Assembly: GCA_040397175.1 (NCBI GenBank)
Contig: JBBAWM010000003.1
Span: forward strand, 147,599-211,598
DNA length: 64,000 bases
Direction of reading: 5' to 3'
Origin: Candidatus Limnocylindrus sp.
Lineage (GTDB): Bacteria; Chloroflexota; Limnocylindria; Limnocylindrales; Limnocylindraceae
Shown: positions 8,241 to 17,207 of the stretch, piece by piece
Layout of the letters: the number at the start of each line of letters is the position of its first letter
Position numbering within the stretch: the first letter of the stretch is position 1
Program-made: the position numbers and the translations under genes
Notes under the pieces: generated by a model
The model's database searches: none
The model's input: only the letters and a program-made list of their open reading frames with translations
Told to the model about the DNA's origin: nothing

Positions 8241-9748
8241 TGTCCCACCGTACTAATTGCTGACATGAGGAACGTTTGCACGCTCTGTGCAAACAAACTC
8301 GTCAGGATCGTTGGCATGACGCCAAAGACAACGATCATCGCAGCGAGTGGCGCAAGGGTGAGGATCTCGGTTGGTGTGACATCGGTGAGGTGTGAACCGA
8401 GCCCCTTCAAGAACGGCGAGAGTGGGCCAGTGAAGACGCGCTGGTACATATAGAGCAGATAAACAGCGGCAAGGATCATGACGAAGGTAGCGGCGCCAGC
8501 CACCATTGGATTGGCGATGAATGCACCGAGAAGCACCAGGAACTCGCCGGCAAATCCGGAGAGACCAGGTAGGCCAACGGAGGCGAAGAGGAAGAAGCCG
8601 AAGAGTGCCGCGTAGACGGGAGTGCGCACCGCCCAGCCGCCCATCTTCGCGATCTCGCGATCGTGTGTGCGCTCATAACCGATTCCGACGAGCAAGAAGA
8701 GTCCGCTCGTAATCAATCCATGGTTGAGCATCTGCAGGATTGCTCCGTCAACGCCCTGCTGGTTGAAGGTGAAGATGCCGAGTGTGACGAAGCCCATGTG
8801 GCTTACCGAGCTGTAGGCGATGAGCTTCTTTAGGTCGGTCTGCACGATCGCCACGAGCGCGCCGTAGATGATGGCGATCACCGACAGAACGATCATGAGT
8901 GGCGCAAAGAGGTGCGCGCCATCGGGGAAGAGCGGGATCGCGAAGCGAATGAATCCGTAGCCGCCAAGCTTCAGCAGCACGCCGGCGAGGATCACCGAAC
9001 CTGCGGTAGGGGCCTGCACGTGGGCGTCGGGGAGCCAGGTGTGGAACGGGAACATCGGCACCTTAATGGCGAAGGCGAGCGCGAATGCCGCGAATCCGAG
9101 GATCTGCAGCGTTGGGTCGACGATCGTGCCCCGCAGCGCGATCAGGTCGAACGCTCCTGCCCACGAGCCGGTGACGGCCTGGTGGCTGAATGCGGTAGCC
9201 AGGATCGCCACGAGCATGAGGAGTGAACCGACAAGCGTGTAGAGGACGAACTTGATCGTCGCGTAGATGCGGTCGGCGCCGCCCCAGATGCCGATGATCA
9301 GATACATCGGAACGAGAACGATCTCCCAGAAGATATAGAAGAGGAAGAGGTCGAGCGACAAGAAGACGCCGAGCATGCCAGTTTCGAGGATCAGGAAGCT
9401 AATGAAGTACTCCTTCACGCGCGTCTGAATTGGCCCGAAGCTCGCAAGGATGCAGATCCAGCTGAGCAGTGTCGTCAAGACGACGAGCGCGCCAGAGAGC
9501 CCATCCACGCCAAGGTGATACGTGATGCCGAACGACGGAATCCACGAAAGCTGCTCGCTGAAGGCGAACTCGCCACCTTGTGCGCGAATTCCCAGCAGCA
9601 TACCGAGACTCAACACAAAGGTGACAAGCGAAGTAGCCAATGCGGCGAAGCGGACCACGCTCGGTCGCGATGACGGCAGTAGTGCGATGCCGAGCGCACC
9701 GAGGAGGGGCACGAAGATGATCAACGAAAGGATCGGCACGCCACTCAT
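8237..9748 (-). CDS. nuoM: NADH-quinone oxidoreductase subunit M
   Basis: 503-aa antiporter-like subunit, 4-nt overlap with nuoN. Confidence 0.9.
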   Translation of the reverse strand: MSGVPILSLIIFVPLLGALGIALLPSSRPSVVRFAALATSLVTFVLSLGMLLGIRAQGGEFAFSEQLSWIPSFGITYHLGVDGLSGALVVLTTLLSWICILASFGPIQTRVKEYFISFLILETGMLGVFLSLDLFLFYIFWEIVLVPMYLIIGIWGGADRIYATIKFVLYTLVGSLLMLVAILATAFSHQAVTGSWAGAFDLIALRGTIVDPTLQILGFAAFALAFAIKVPMFPFHTWLPDAHVQAPTAGSVILAGVLLKLGGYGFIRFAIPLFPDGAHLFAPLMIVLSVIAIIYGALVAIVQTDLKKLIAYSSVSHMGFVTLGIFTFNQQGVDGAILQMLNHGLITSGLFLLVGIGYERTHDREIAKMGGWAVRTPVYAALFGFFLFASVGLPGLSGFAGEFLVLLGAFIANPMVAGAATFVMILAAVYLLYMYQRVFTGPLSPFLKGLGSHLTDVTPTEILTLAPLAAMIVVFGVMPTILTSLFAQSVQTFLMSAISTVGQ

Positions 9749-11694
9749 CCCGCGAGCACCAGGTACGCGGCGGCAATCGCCACGAGTCCGAAGGCAATGC
9801 CGAGGGCGTAGTTCTGCACGCGACCGGTTTGGATCTGTCGCAGCCCACGGCCACCACTCGAGGTCAGTGTCGCAACACCATTGACCGTGCCGTCAACGAC
9901 GCGACGGTCGAACCACCAGAGCGCATTGGCAAACTTTCGGCCGAAGCGCACGAAGACGAGATCATTTAGGTCATCGAAGTACCAGCGGTTGCGACTGCCG
10001 TCGTAGAGCGGCTGCAAGCGCCTAGTCACACCGCCAAGGAACGCGCCGTTATCGTCGCGGAAGAGACGCACGCCGATCACGGTACCGATTGATGCAACGG
10101 TGACGCTTGCGAGCATCAGGAGTCCATCGATACCGAAGAGCGTCCACGCCTCATGTTCGTGCGCAAGCATGGCAATCGCCGGATGGAAGATCGGCTCAAG
10201 TCCGCCGACCAAGATGCCGTTGGCGAATGGGAAGCCGAGCGCTGCGCCGATTGCGATCGATGGCACGGCCAGAATGATGAGCGGTACCGTCATTGTCCAC
10301 GGCGACTCGTGCACATGCGACTCGTCGTGCACGCGGCTCTTCCCCCAGAAGGTGAGCCCCATCAAGCGGAACATATAGAAGGCGGTCATGCCGGCAACAA
10401 CCATCCCGACGAGCCAGACCCACGTGAAACCAAACTTGAACGCTTCGCCGAGAATTTCGTCTTTTGACCAGAAGCCAGCGAGTGGCGGGAGGCCCGCAAT
10501 CGCAACGGTGCCGACCAACATCGTGGCGTACGTGATCGGAATCTTGCGCCAGAGTCCGCCCATCTTCGTCATCTCTTGTTCTCCATCAACGGCGTGAATC
10601 ACAGAGCCTGAGCCAAGGAAGAGGAGGCCCTTGAAGAATCCGTGCGTGATGAGGTGAAAGATCGCCGGAACCCACGCACCGACACCGAGCGCGGCAAACA
10701 TGTAGCCAAGCTGTGAGAGCGTGGAGAAGGCGAGGACGCGCTTGATGTCAGTCTGCGTGAAGGCAATGGAGGCGGCAAAGATCGCGGTAAAGATGCCGAT
10801 TCCGGCAACGATGAGCATCGCGTCATGGCTCGCGGCGAAGAGTGGGCTCATGCGTGCGACGAGATAGACGCCAGCGTTCACCATCGTTGCCGCGTGGATG
10901 AGGGCGCTCACGGGGGTTGGCCCCTCCATGGCGTCCGGAAGCCACACATGGAGTGGGAACTGAGCAGACTTACCAACGGCACCACAGAATATCAGCAGGG
11001 CGATCACGGTTGCCGCGGGGCCAACGAGTGCTCCCGCCTCGACGCCGGCGAGCACCGTGTGAATGTCAAGTGAGCCGAAGACCACCACGAGGCCCATCAG
11101 GCCGAGGGCGAAGCCAACGTCACCAACGCGGTTCGTAATGAAGGCCTTCTTGGCGGCGAGACCTGGCGCGGTCTTGGTGTACCAGAAGCCGATCAGCAGA
11201 TACGAGGAGAGGCCAACGAGCTCCCAGGCGGCGAAGACGACCAAGAGGTTATCGGCGAGAACGAGTAGCAGCATCGAGAACATGAAGAGGTTCAGGTAGG
11301 CGAAGAAGCGCCAGTAGCTGTCGTCATGGCTCATGTAGCCGACGCTGTAGAGGTGTACCAGGGCGCCGACCGTGGTCACCACCAGCAGGAGAGCGCCGGT
11401 AAGGGCGTCAACGTGTAGGCCGAGCCCGAAGCTGAGGTCGCCCGAGGCGATCCAGGTGAAGAGCGGCATCGAGGCACCCCCCTCGCCGAGGCCCCCGGTG
11501 AGAGCTGGGATCGCCAGGCTCATGGCCAGCGCCCACGTAACGACGATCGCGCCGAGCGGCACCAGGTGGGCCATCTTGCCGAGTCGGCGTCCAAGTGCCG
11601 CCGTAAAGGCGAAGCCGATCAGCGGGAGCAGGAGGAGAAGTGGAGCGTATCCCGGCAGGGCCGCCACCTCCATCACCGGATCAATAGGTGTCAT
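9745..11694 (-). CDS. nuoL: NADH-quinone oxidoreductase subunit L
   Basis: 649 aa, antiporter-like with the long C-terminal extension typical of NuoL. Confidence 0.9.
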   Translation of the reverse strand: MTPIDPVMEVAALPGYAPLLLLLPLIGFAFTAALGRRLGKMAHLVPLGAIVVTWALAMSLAIPALTGGLGEGGASMPLFTWIASGDLSFGLGLHVDALTGALLLVVTTVGALVHLYSVGYMSHDDSYWRFFAYLNLFMFSMLLLVLADNLLVVFAAWELVGLSSYLLIGFWYTKTAPGLAAKKAFITNRVGDVGFALGLMGLVVVFGSLDIHTVLAGVEAGALVGPAATVIALLIFCGAVGKSAQFPLHVWLPDAMEGPTPVSALIHAATMVNAGVYLVARMSPLFAASHDAMLIVAGIGIFTAIFAASIAFTQTDIKRVLAFSTLSQLGYMFAALGVGAWVPAIFHLITHGFFKGLLFLGSGSVIHAVDGEQEMTKMGGLWRKIPITYATMLVGTVAIAGLPPLAGFWSKDEILGEAFKFGFTWVWLVGMVVAGMTAFYMFRLMGLTFWGKSRVHDESHVHESPWTMTVPLIILAVPSIAIGAALGFPFANGILVGGLEPIFHPAIAMLAHEHEAWTLFGIDGLLMLASVTVASIGTVIGVRLFRDDNGAFLGGVTRRLQPLYDGSRNRWYFDDLNDLVFVRFGRKFANALWWFDRRVVDGTVNGVATLTSSGGRGLRQIQTGRVQNYALGIAFGLVAIAAAYLVLAG

Positions 11695-11697
11695 GGG

Positions 11698-12018
11698 TTA
11701 CTGCCTCATCGTGTCGTACTCGTCGACGAGCGGCGTCTTTCGGTTGCGGAAGATGGCGATCACGATCGCCAGGCCAACGGTGGCCTCTGCCGCCGCCACG
11801 GCGATGATCAACAGCGCGAAGGCTGCCCCCTGCCCCGCGAGCGACGGGATAAATGCGCCAAAGGCCAATGCGGCAAGGTTCACGGCGTTCAACATCAGTT
11901 CAATGCTCATCAGCATGCTGATCGCATTTCGTCGCGCGAGGAAGCCGAATGATCCGATGGCAAAGAGCATCCCCGCGAGAACGAGGTACGGCTCGAGGTG
12001 CCCAGCGATTTGGCTCAC
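11698..12018 (-). CDS. nuoK: NADH-quinone oxidoreductase subunit K
   Basis: 106 aa with three TM helices; SIELMLNAVNLA motif. Confidence 0.9.
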   Translation of the reverse strand: MSQIAGHLEPYLVLAGMLFAIGSFGFLARRNAISMLMSIELMLNAVNLAALAFGAFIPSLAGQGAAFALLIIAVAAAEATVGLAIVIAIFRNRKTPLVDEYDTMRQ

Positions 12019-12575
12019 TGCGCCTCCTCGCCTACTTCATCAGCCTTCGGCTCCATCGCGAGGTAGAGGCCCCCGATCACGGCGGCAAGGATGAGCACGC
12101 TCGCGATCTCAAATGCAAGGAGATATGGGCCAAAGAGTGCCGCAGCAACGGGCGCGGTGCCCGTTGCAGCAGGCGTATCCGTGAAAACGGTGGAGCCCCA
12201 GTTCGTGCTACCGAACGCGAGGCCAAAGAGCACGGCGAGCAGCACAGCGGCAAGTGCTGCCGGCGCGACCTGCGTTTGGAAAGCAAGCTTCACCGGCGCC
12301 ACCTTTGTCTGTGTGAGCATGATCGCAAAGAGAATCAGCACGCTAATTGCACCGATGTACACCAGTACCTGCGCGCCAGCAACGATGGCTGCGCCCAACA
12401 TCACGTAGATGCCCGCAAGTGCGCCGAGGGTAAGGATTAGGAAGAGGCCACTCTTAATGATGTCGCGGCCAAAAACGACGGCGAACGCTGCAGCGAGCAC
12501 CACGCCGCTCAGAAGTAGGAAGAGAACATCCGACCACCCGAGCCCAATAAACGGGATGACGTCGGGGAGCGGCAT
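12015..12575 (-). CDS. nuoJ: NADH-quinone oxidoreductase subunit J
   Basis: 186-aa membrane subunit positioned between K and the N-module genes. Confidence 0.85.
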   Translation of the reverse strand: MPLPDVIPFIGLGWSDVLFLLLSGVVLAAAFAVVFGRDIIKSGLFLILTLGALAGIYVMLGAAIVAGAQVLVYIGAISVLILFAIMLTQTKVAPVKLAFQTQVAPAALAAVLLAVLFGLAFGSTNWGSTVFTDTPAATGTAPVAAALFGPYLLAFEIASVLILAAVIGGLYLAMEPKADEVGEEAQ

Positions 12576-12578
12576 CGT

Positions 12579-15125
12579 TTACTTCCGCAGGCTTTGTGGC
12601 AGCACAGGAAGCTGTCGGGCTGGATCGTGACGTCGCCCAGCGACGGTGTTCTCCCAGTTGGCTTCACCACGAATGAATGTTGCCTCTGATGTGCGCTCCA
12701 GCTTTGATAGGGCGATGAGGTCAATCATTGGCTCGCTGCGGTCGGTGTGCGCAAGTTCAAAGTCGAAGCCGCTGCGGAGCGCGTCATATGGACAGGCGTC
12801 AACGCAGATGCCGCAAAGGATGCAGCGAGACTCATCAACTTCGTATTTGGTAAGAATTCGTGGCTTCGGCATCAGCGCGCCAGTTGGGCAGGTTTCTGCA
12901 CAGCGGCCACACGAAACACACGGTGATTCATTGAGGCTCATGTCGAGCGGCGTGGTGACGAGCGTGTCGAAGCCGGTACGCATGAAGTCGTAGCAGGCGG
13001 CGCCAACAACCTCGGCACACACATTGGCGCAACGGCCACAGTCAATGCAGCGTGATGGCTCGCGCAAGATGAACGCGTGTGAGTCGTCGCGCAGGTAGTC
13101 GTGGTTTGCTCCAGTCCAACGGTTTTCGGTAATGGAGCGGAATCCGGCGCCACCGTGATGGTCCTTCTCGAGCGTCTTAAGCGTGGTGCCGTATTCGATG
13201 CCGAGGCGGCGTAGATCGCAGAAGCCGATCGCTTCGCAGGTGCACTGCAAGCAGCGCGTGCTCTCGGCCATCACCTCGGGCTTGCTGTACGGAATCTCGT
13301 ATTGGATGTAATCGTTCTTGCGCTCTTCGGCTGGGAGTGCCTTCAGGCGCAGGCGTGGCTCCTTCACCTCAGCGGTGAACGGAACGATGCTCAAGAACTC
13401 TGGCTGAGGCTCGGCGAGTGTCTGTCGGTTGCGAATCTCCGAGAGGTCGAGCCCCTGCAGGTACGCATCGACGGCGTATGCGCAGCGTCGACCGTCGGCA
13501 ATCGAAGCGACGACGGTTGTTGCGCCGTTACGCAGGTCGCCGCAGCCGAAGACACCGTCGCGGCCAGATTGGAAGGTGACAGCGTCCGCCTTCATGCGGC
13601 CGTTCTTGGTGGTGGCGACGCCCTCTGCGCCAACGCTCGCCCAGGTCATATCGGGACCCTGGCCGATCGCCTTCAGGATGCGGTCGCACTCGATGATGAA
13701 TTCAGTGCCAGGAGCTGGCTCCGGTCGTCGGCGGCCTGATGCGTCGGGGGCGCCGAGCTGCATGCGAATGAACTCAAGGCCGATCACCTTGTTGTTCCCA
13801 TCGGTGACGACGCGGGTCGGCCCAGCCTGGAAGATGGCGCGTGCCCCCTCCTCGATCATCTCGTGCACTTCGTCGGCTGCTGGCATGTCCTTCATGTCGC
13901 GGCGGTAGACGAGGGTGACCTCCTTGGCCCCCTGGCGCACGCTCGTTCGTGAGCAGTCCATCGAGGTGTAGCCGCCACCGACCACGACGACGCGACTCCC
14001 CTCGTGGCCTGGGTAGGTGAGGCCGAGGGCAGCGGTGTGCAGGTAGTCGAGACCGTCGATGACACCGTCGGCGTCTTCGCCAGGAATGCCAAGGTCGTTC
14101 GTGTCGTAGCAGCCGATAGCAACGACGACGCCGTCGTAGCCCTGTGCCTTCAGGTCGGCAACGGTGAAGTCGCGACCGAGCATCTTGCCGCACTCAAAGC
14201 GGCCACCAAGTCGCGTGATCGACTGGTACTCACCGTCGAGCACTTCGATCTTTGGCAGTCGGTACTGCGGAATGCCGTAGCGCAACATGCCGCCTGGCTC
14301 TGGGTCTTTTTCGAAGACGGTAACGTCGTGGCCGGCAACAAGCAGGTAGTACGCCGCGGATGCGCCCGCCGGGCCTGAGCCGATGACGGCGACGCGCTTG
14401 CCCGTCTTTGGCTGCAGCTCGAATGGCACTGGTGGGTCGAGATCCTCGTCCCACATTGCCTTCAACACCTGGTCGCCGGCGTAGCGATGGCTATCACGAA
14501 TCGCGATGGCCTCGTCGACCTCGTCTCGACGGCAGTGATCCTCGCAGGGCGCTGGGCAGACGCGGCCAAGGATGCTTGGGAATGGAATGGTGCGCTTGAA
14601 GATGCGTGCCGACTCGCGGAACTGCGATTCTGCGTTCGCCTTCAGGAATCCAGGAATGTCGATGTGGCTCGGGCACTTGTTCTGGCACGGTGGCAAGCAG
14701 TAGGCGTTGTGGTCGCTGAAGATCAGCTCAAGGTTGGTGCGGCGAATCTCGCGGATGCGATCGGTCTGCGTTGCTACGACCTGCGCAGGCTCCGCCTTTG
14801 CGGAACAACTGATGGATGGTTGATCGCACCCTTCAACATCCACCACGCACATGCGGCAGGCGCCGAATCCTGGAAGCTTCGGGTCGTAGCAGAGCGTTGG
14901 CACCTCGATACCGTTTGCGCGGCAGACTTCCAAAATGGTCTGCCCTTCGAATGCTTCAAACTTCTGCCCGTCGATCTCGACGTAGAAGGTTGGTGTGCGC
15001 TGCGGTCGCTGTGGGCTGCGTGTGGTGAGCAGCTTGTCGACGGCGACCTCTGCCGACGGCGCAGGGGTGATCGCGCGCGATACAGGTGTTACTGCGCTTA
15101 CCGGTCGATCAATCAGGTCGGCCAT
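12579..15125 (-). CDS. Multidomain Fe-S flavoprotein: NuoG-like N-terminal [2Fe-2S]/[4Fe-4S] domain + GltD-like FAD/NAD(P) oxidoreductase + C-terminal 2x[4Fe-4S] (NuoI-like) domain
   Basis: N-terminus matches the NuoG/Fdh/hydrogenase 2Fe-2S ferredoxin domain (CYDPKLPGFGACRMCVV; H-x3-C-x3-C-x3-C). Middle has two Rossmann motifs of glutamate-synthase-small-subunit-like enzymes (VAVIGSGPAGASAAYYL; VVVVGGGYTSMDCSRTS). C-terminus has two CxxCxxCxxxCP motifs, and the last ~45 aa resemble the NuoI C-terminal half (RCILCGICVDACPYDAL...FDFELA). Confidence 0.7.
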   Translation of the reverse strand: MADLIDRPVSAVTPVSRAITPAPSAEVAVDKLLTTRSPQRPQRTPTFYVEIDGQKFEAFEGQTILEVCRANGIEVPTLCYDPKLPGFGACRMCVVDVEGCDQPSISCSAKAEPAQVVATQTDRIREIRRTNLELIFSDHNAYCLPPCQNKCPSHIDIPGFLKANAESQFRESARIFKRTIPFPSILGRVCPAPCEDHCRRDEVDEAIAIRDSHRYAGDQVLKAMWDEDLDPPVPFELQPKTGKRVAVIGSGPAGASAAYYLLVAGHDVTVFEKDPEPGGMLRYGIPQYRLPKIEVLDGEYQSITRLGGRFECGKMLGRDFTVADLKAQGYDGVVVAIGCYDTNDLGIPGEDADGVIDGLDYLHTAALGLTYPGHEGSRVVVVGGGYTSMDCSRTSVRQGAKEVTLVYRRDMKDMPAADEVHEMIEEGARAIFQAGPTRVVTDGNNKVIGLEFIRMQLGAPDASGRRRPEPAPGTEFIIECDRILKAIGQGPDMTWASVGAEGVATTKNGRMKADAVTFQSGRDGVFGCGDLRNGATTVVASIADGRRCAYAVDAYLQGLDLSEIRNRQTLAEPQPEFLSIVPFTAEVKEPRLRLKALPAEERKNDYIQYEIPYSKPEVMAESTRCLQCTCEAIGFCDLRRLGIEYGTTLKTLEKDHHGGAGFRSITENRWTGANHDYLRDDSHAFILREPSRCIDCGRCANVCAEVVGAACYDFMRTGFDTLVTTPLDMSLNESPCVSCGRCAETCPTGALMPKPRILTKYEVDESRCILCGICVDACPYDALRSGFDFELAHTDRSEPMIDLIALSKLERTSEATFIRGEANWENTVAGRRHDPARQLPVLPQSLRK

Positions 15126-15127
15126 GA

Positions 15128-16387
15128 TCAGCTCCGTCCGCTTGTTGGTGTTGCCGCCGATGCGGCAATGGCAGGTCCAAACTCAGAGGCAAAGTATCGC
15201 ACCCCCGTCAGGAGCGGGCTTGGCGCCAGCGCTTCATGTGCACAGAGGGCGCTATCGGTCACATCGGCGGCGAGCTTCTGCAGCCGCTCGGCATCGGCAG
15301 GGCCGGCCAGCCCATCAACAAAGCGCTGGCCGATCTCAGCGAGTCGGCGCGTGCCGATTCGGCACGGAATCGTCTTGCCGCACGCCTCGTCAGCGCACCA
15401 GCGCGTCAGCATGGTGGCAAGCTCTGGAATGGCGACGGAGTTGTCGAGCGCCAGGAGTGCGCCTGAGCCTATATGTGCGCCGACACCCTTGAGCCCTGCG
15501 CCGCTGTACGGCGTGCCGCCAAAGAGGTTCGCTGGAATGAATCCGCCCGTTGGCCCACCAACGAGCAGCGCCTTGATACGTGCGCCACTGGCAGTGCCGC
15601 CCGCCGCCGCGAGGATCTCGTTGAGTGGCGTGCCAGTCGGCACCTCAAGGACGCCAGGGTTTGCGACAGAGCCGCTGATCTGCACGAGCACCGTTCCCGG
15701 CTGTGCCGTGTCACCGATCTGCGCAAAGGTCGCAGCGCCGTTGCTGAGGATCCATGGCACCGCGGCGAGGGTGGCAACGTTGTTCACGGCAGTTGGCTTG
15801 CCGAGGTAGCCGATCTCAGATGGATATGGCGGTGTCTGCTCTGGCTGGCCGCGCTTGCCGGCCAGCGCCTTCATGAGCACCGTCTCTTCGCCGATCATGC
15901 TGGAGCCCTGGAGCGGGCGGACAGTGATGATCAGCTCGCGACCGGTGCCGAGCAGCGATGCGCCGAGGATCCCCTCGCGTTCGGCGTTGGTGATCACCGC
16001 TTCGAGTCGCTTGATCGCTTCGGTGTACTCGGCGCGCACGGCGATGAACGCTTCGCGGGCGCCAACGGTGAGGGCGGCGATGGCGAGCCCTTCCACGATC
16101 CCTTGTGGGTTCTCCTCCATGAGGAGTCGGTTGGTGAAGACGGCGGGGTCAGATTCGTAGCCGTTCGCCACGGCGTAGTGCTGGCTTGCTGGTTCGGCGG
16201 CGGTCGCCTGCCACTTCGCTCCGGTCAGGAAGCCGCCGCCGCCGCGACCACGCAGGCCGGCGGCGATCAGGGTTGCGGTCGTGCTGGCGGCTCCTGCCGC
16301 AGCGGCGGCGCGGAGTGCCGCCCACGGCTCGGTCGGTGCCGCGAACAGGAGTTGGCTCCAGCCCTTCGGGGCGTTCAGGCGCCTCAT
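15128..16387 (-). CDS. nuoF: NADH-quinone oxidoreductase subunit F (51-kDa, FMN/NADH-binding)
   Basis: GLRGRGGGGFLTGAKW (FMN site), VNNVATLAAVPWI, and a C-terminal 4Fe-4S N3 cysteine motif. Confidence 0.85.
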   Translation of the reverse strand: MRRLNAPKGWSQLLFAAPTEPWAALRAAAAAGAASTTATLIAAGLRGRGGGGFLTGAKWQATAAEPASQHYAVANGYESDPAVFTNRLLMEENPQGIVEGLAIAALTVGAREAFIAVRAEYTEAIKRLEAVITNAEREGILGASLLGTGRELIITVRPLQGSSMIGEETVLMKALAGKRGQPEQTPPYPSEIGYLGKPTAVNNVATLAAVPWILSNGAATFAQIGDTAQPGTVLVQISGSVANPGVLEVPTGTPLNEILAAAGGTASGARIKALLVGGPTGGFIPANLFGGTPYSGAGLKGVGAHIGSGALLALDNSVAIPELATMLTRWCADEACGKTIPCRIGTRRLAEIGQRFVDGLAGPADAERLQKLAADVTDSALCAHEALAPSPLLTGVRYFASEFGPAIAASAATPTSGRS

Positions 16388-17205
16388 GCGGCGTACCTAC
16401 CAGCGAGGGCGGCGGCCCAGCTGGCGGCATTCTTGGCGCTGAGGTCGCGCTGTGGCTCACCATCAATGACCACGAGTGGTGACGGCGCATCGGGCAGGTG
16501 GTTCGGGAGCGACTCAAGGCGCAGGTTGCTCCATGGGATCGCCCGGCCGAACTCGGTGCCGAACTCATAGCTGAGGGTGCCCATCACCGAGCCTGCTCCT
16601 GAGACGAGGCAGTTGGCGCAACGGCAGACCGAGATGGAGCGGGTTACCCCGGGCTCGAAGGCAAGGTGCTTATAGAAGGTGGCGGTGCCGTACACCATGG
16701 CGTACCAGGCGCCGGTCGCTCGGCTGACGCGCTTCAACGCATCAACGGGAAGGTAGCCGTACGCCGCCTGAATCGCCTCCAGGATGGCGAGCATGTGATG
16801 CGGGTCGTAGTCGTGCGCTTCAAGAATCTCGTCGACCCTTGCAATGTTGATGGTCGCCCCAGTTGCCGCCGCCGCGTCGGAGACGGTTCGACCGGAGCGG
16901 CGCATCGCCGACTCTTCACGACGTTCGGCGTACTGCTCGGCGGGGCCCCAATGCACGGCAAAGCGACCCTTCGTGTCGGTGCCGCCCATGTCAATGCACT
17001 CAATCGGGCAAGCCTGCGCGCACTGGAAGCAGGTCTCGCACTTCAGCGTGCCGTGTTCGTCGGTAACGAGTTCGAGTCGGCCGCGGTTTCGCGGTGCGAT
17101 GTCGGGCTTCACCTCTGGGTAGAGCACCGTCCGCTTCGGTTGGAAGAAGCGCGTCAGCGTGAGACGCATCCCTGAAACGAGCCCAGCGCCAGGAATTCGC
17201 GGCAT
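16384..17205 (-). CDS. Fusion protein: NuoI-like N-terminal half (one [4Fe-4S] motif) + NuoE-like (24-kDa thioredoxin-like) domain
   Basis: N-terminal RTVLYPEVKP...RNRGRLEL...CETCFQCAQACPIE matches NuoI up to the first cluster, with no second CxxCxxCxxxCP. The C-terminal half matches NuoE (LAILEAIQAAYGYLP...YGTATFYKHL...CRCANC), but the second Cys pair of the 2Fe-2S site appears to be missing. Start set at ATG 17205 (GGGAGG 7 nt upstream, abutting the nuoH stop); the listed ORF extends to 17277. Confidence 0.65.
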   Translation of the reverse strand: MPRIPGAGLVSGMRLTLTRFFQPKRTVLYPEVKPDIAPRNRGRLELVTDEHGTLKCETCFQCAQACPIECIDMGGTDTKGRFAVHWGPAEQYAERREESAMRRSGRTVSDAAAATGATINIARVDEILEAHDYDPHHMLAILEAIQAAYGYLPVDALKRVSRATGAWYAMVYGTATFYKHLAFEPGVTRSISVCRCANCLVSGAGSVMGTLSYEFGTEFGRAIPWSNLRLESLPNHLPDAPSPLVVIDGEPQRDLSAKNAASWAAALAGRYAA

Positions 17206-17207
17206 AA

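Noticed and set aside
14487-16570. Large plus-strand ORFs (440 aa and 365 aa)
   Set aside because: Antisense to the nuoF and NuoG-like/GltD genes, Arg/Ala-rich low-complexity translation, no motifs.
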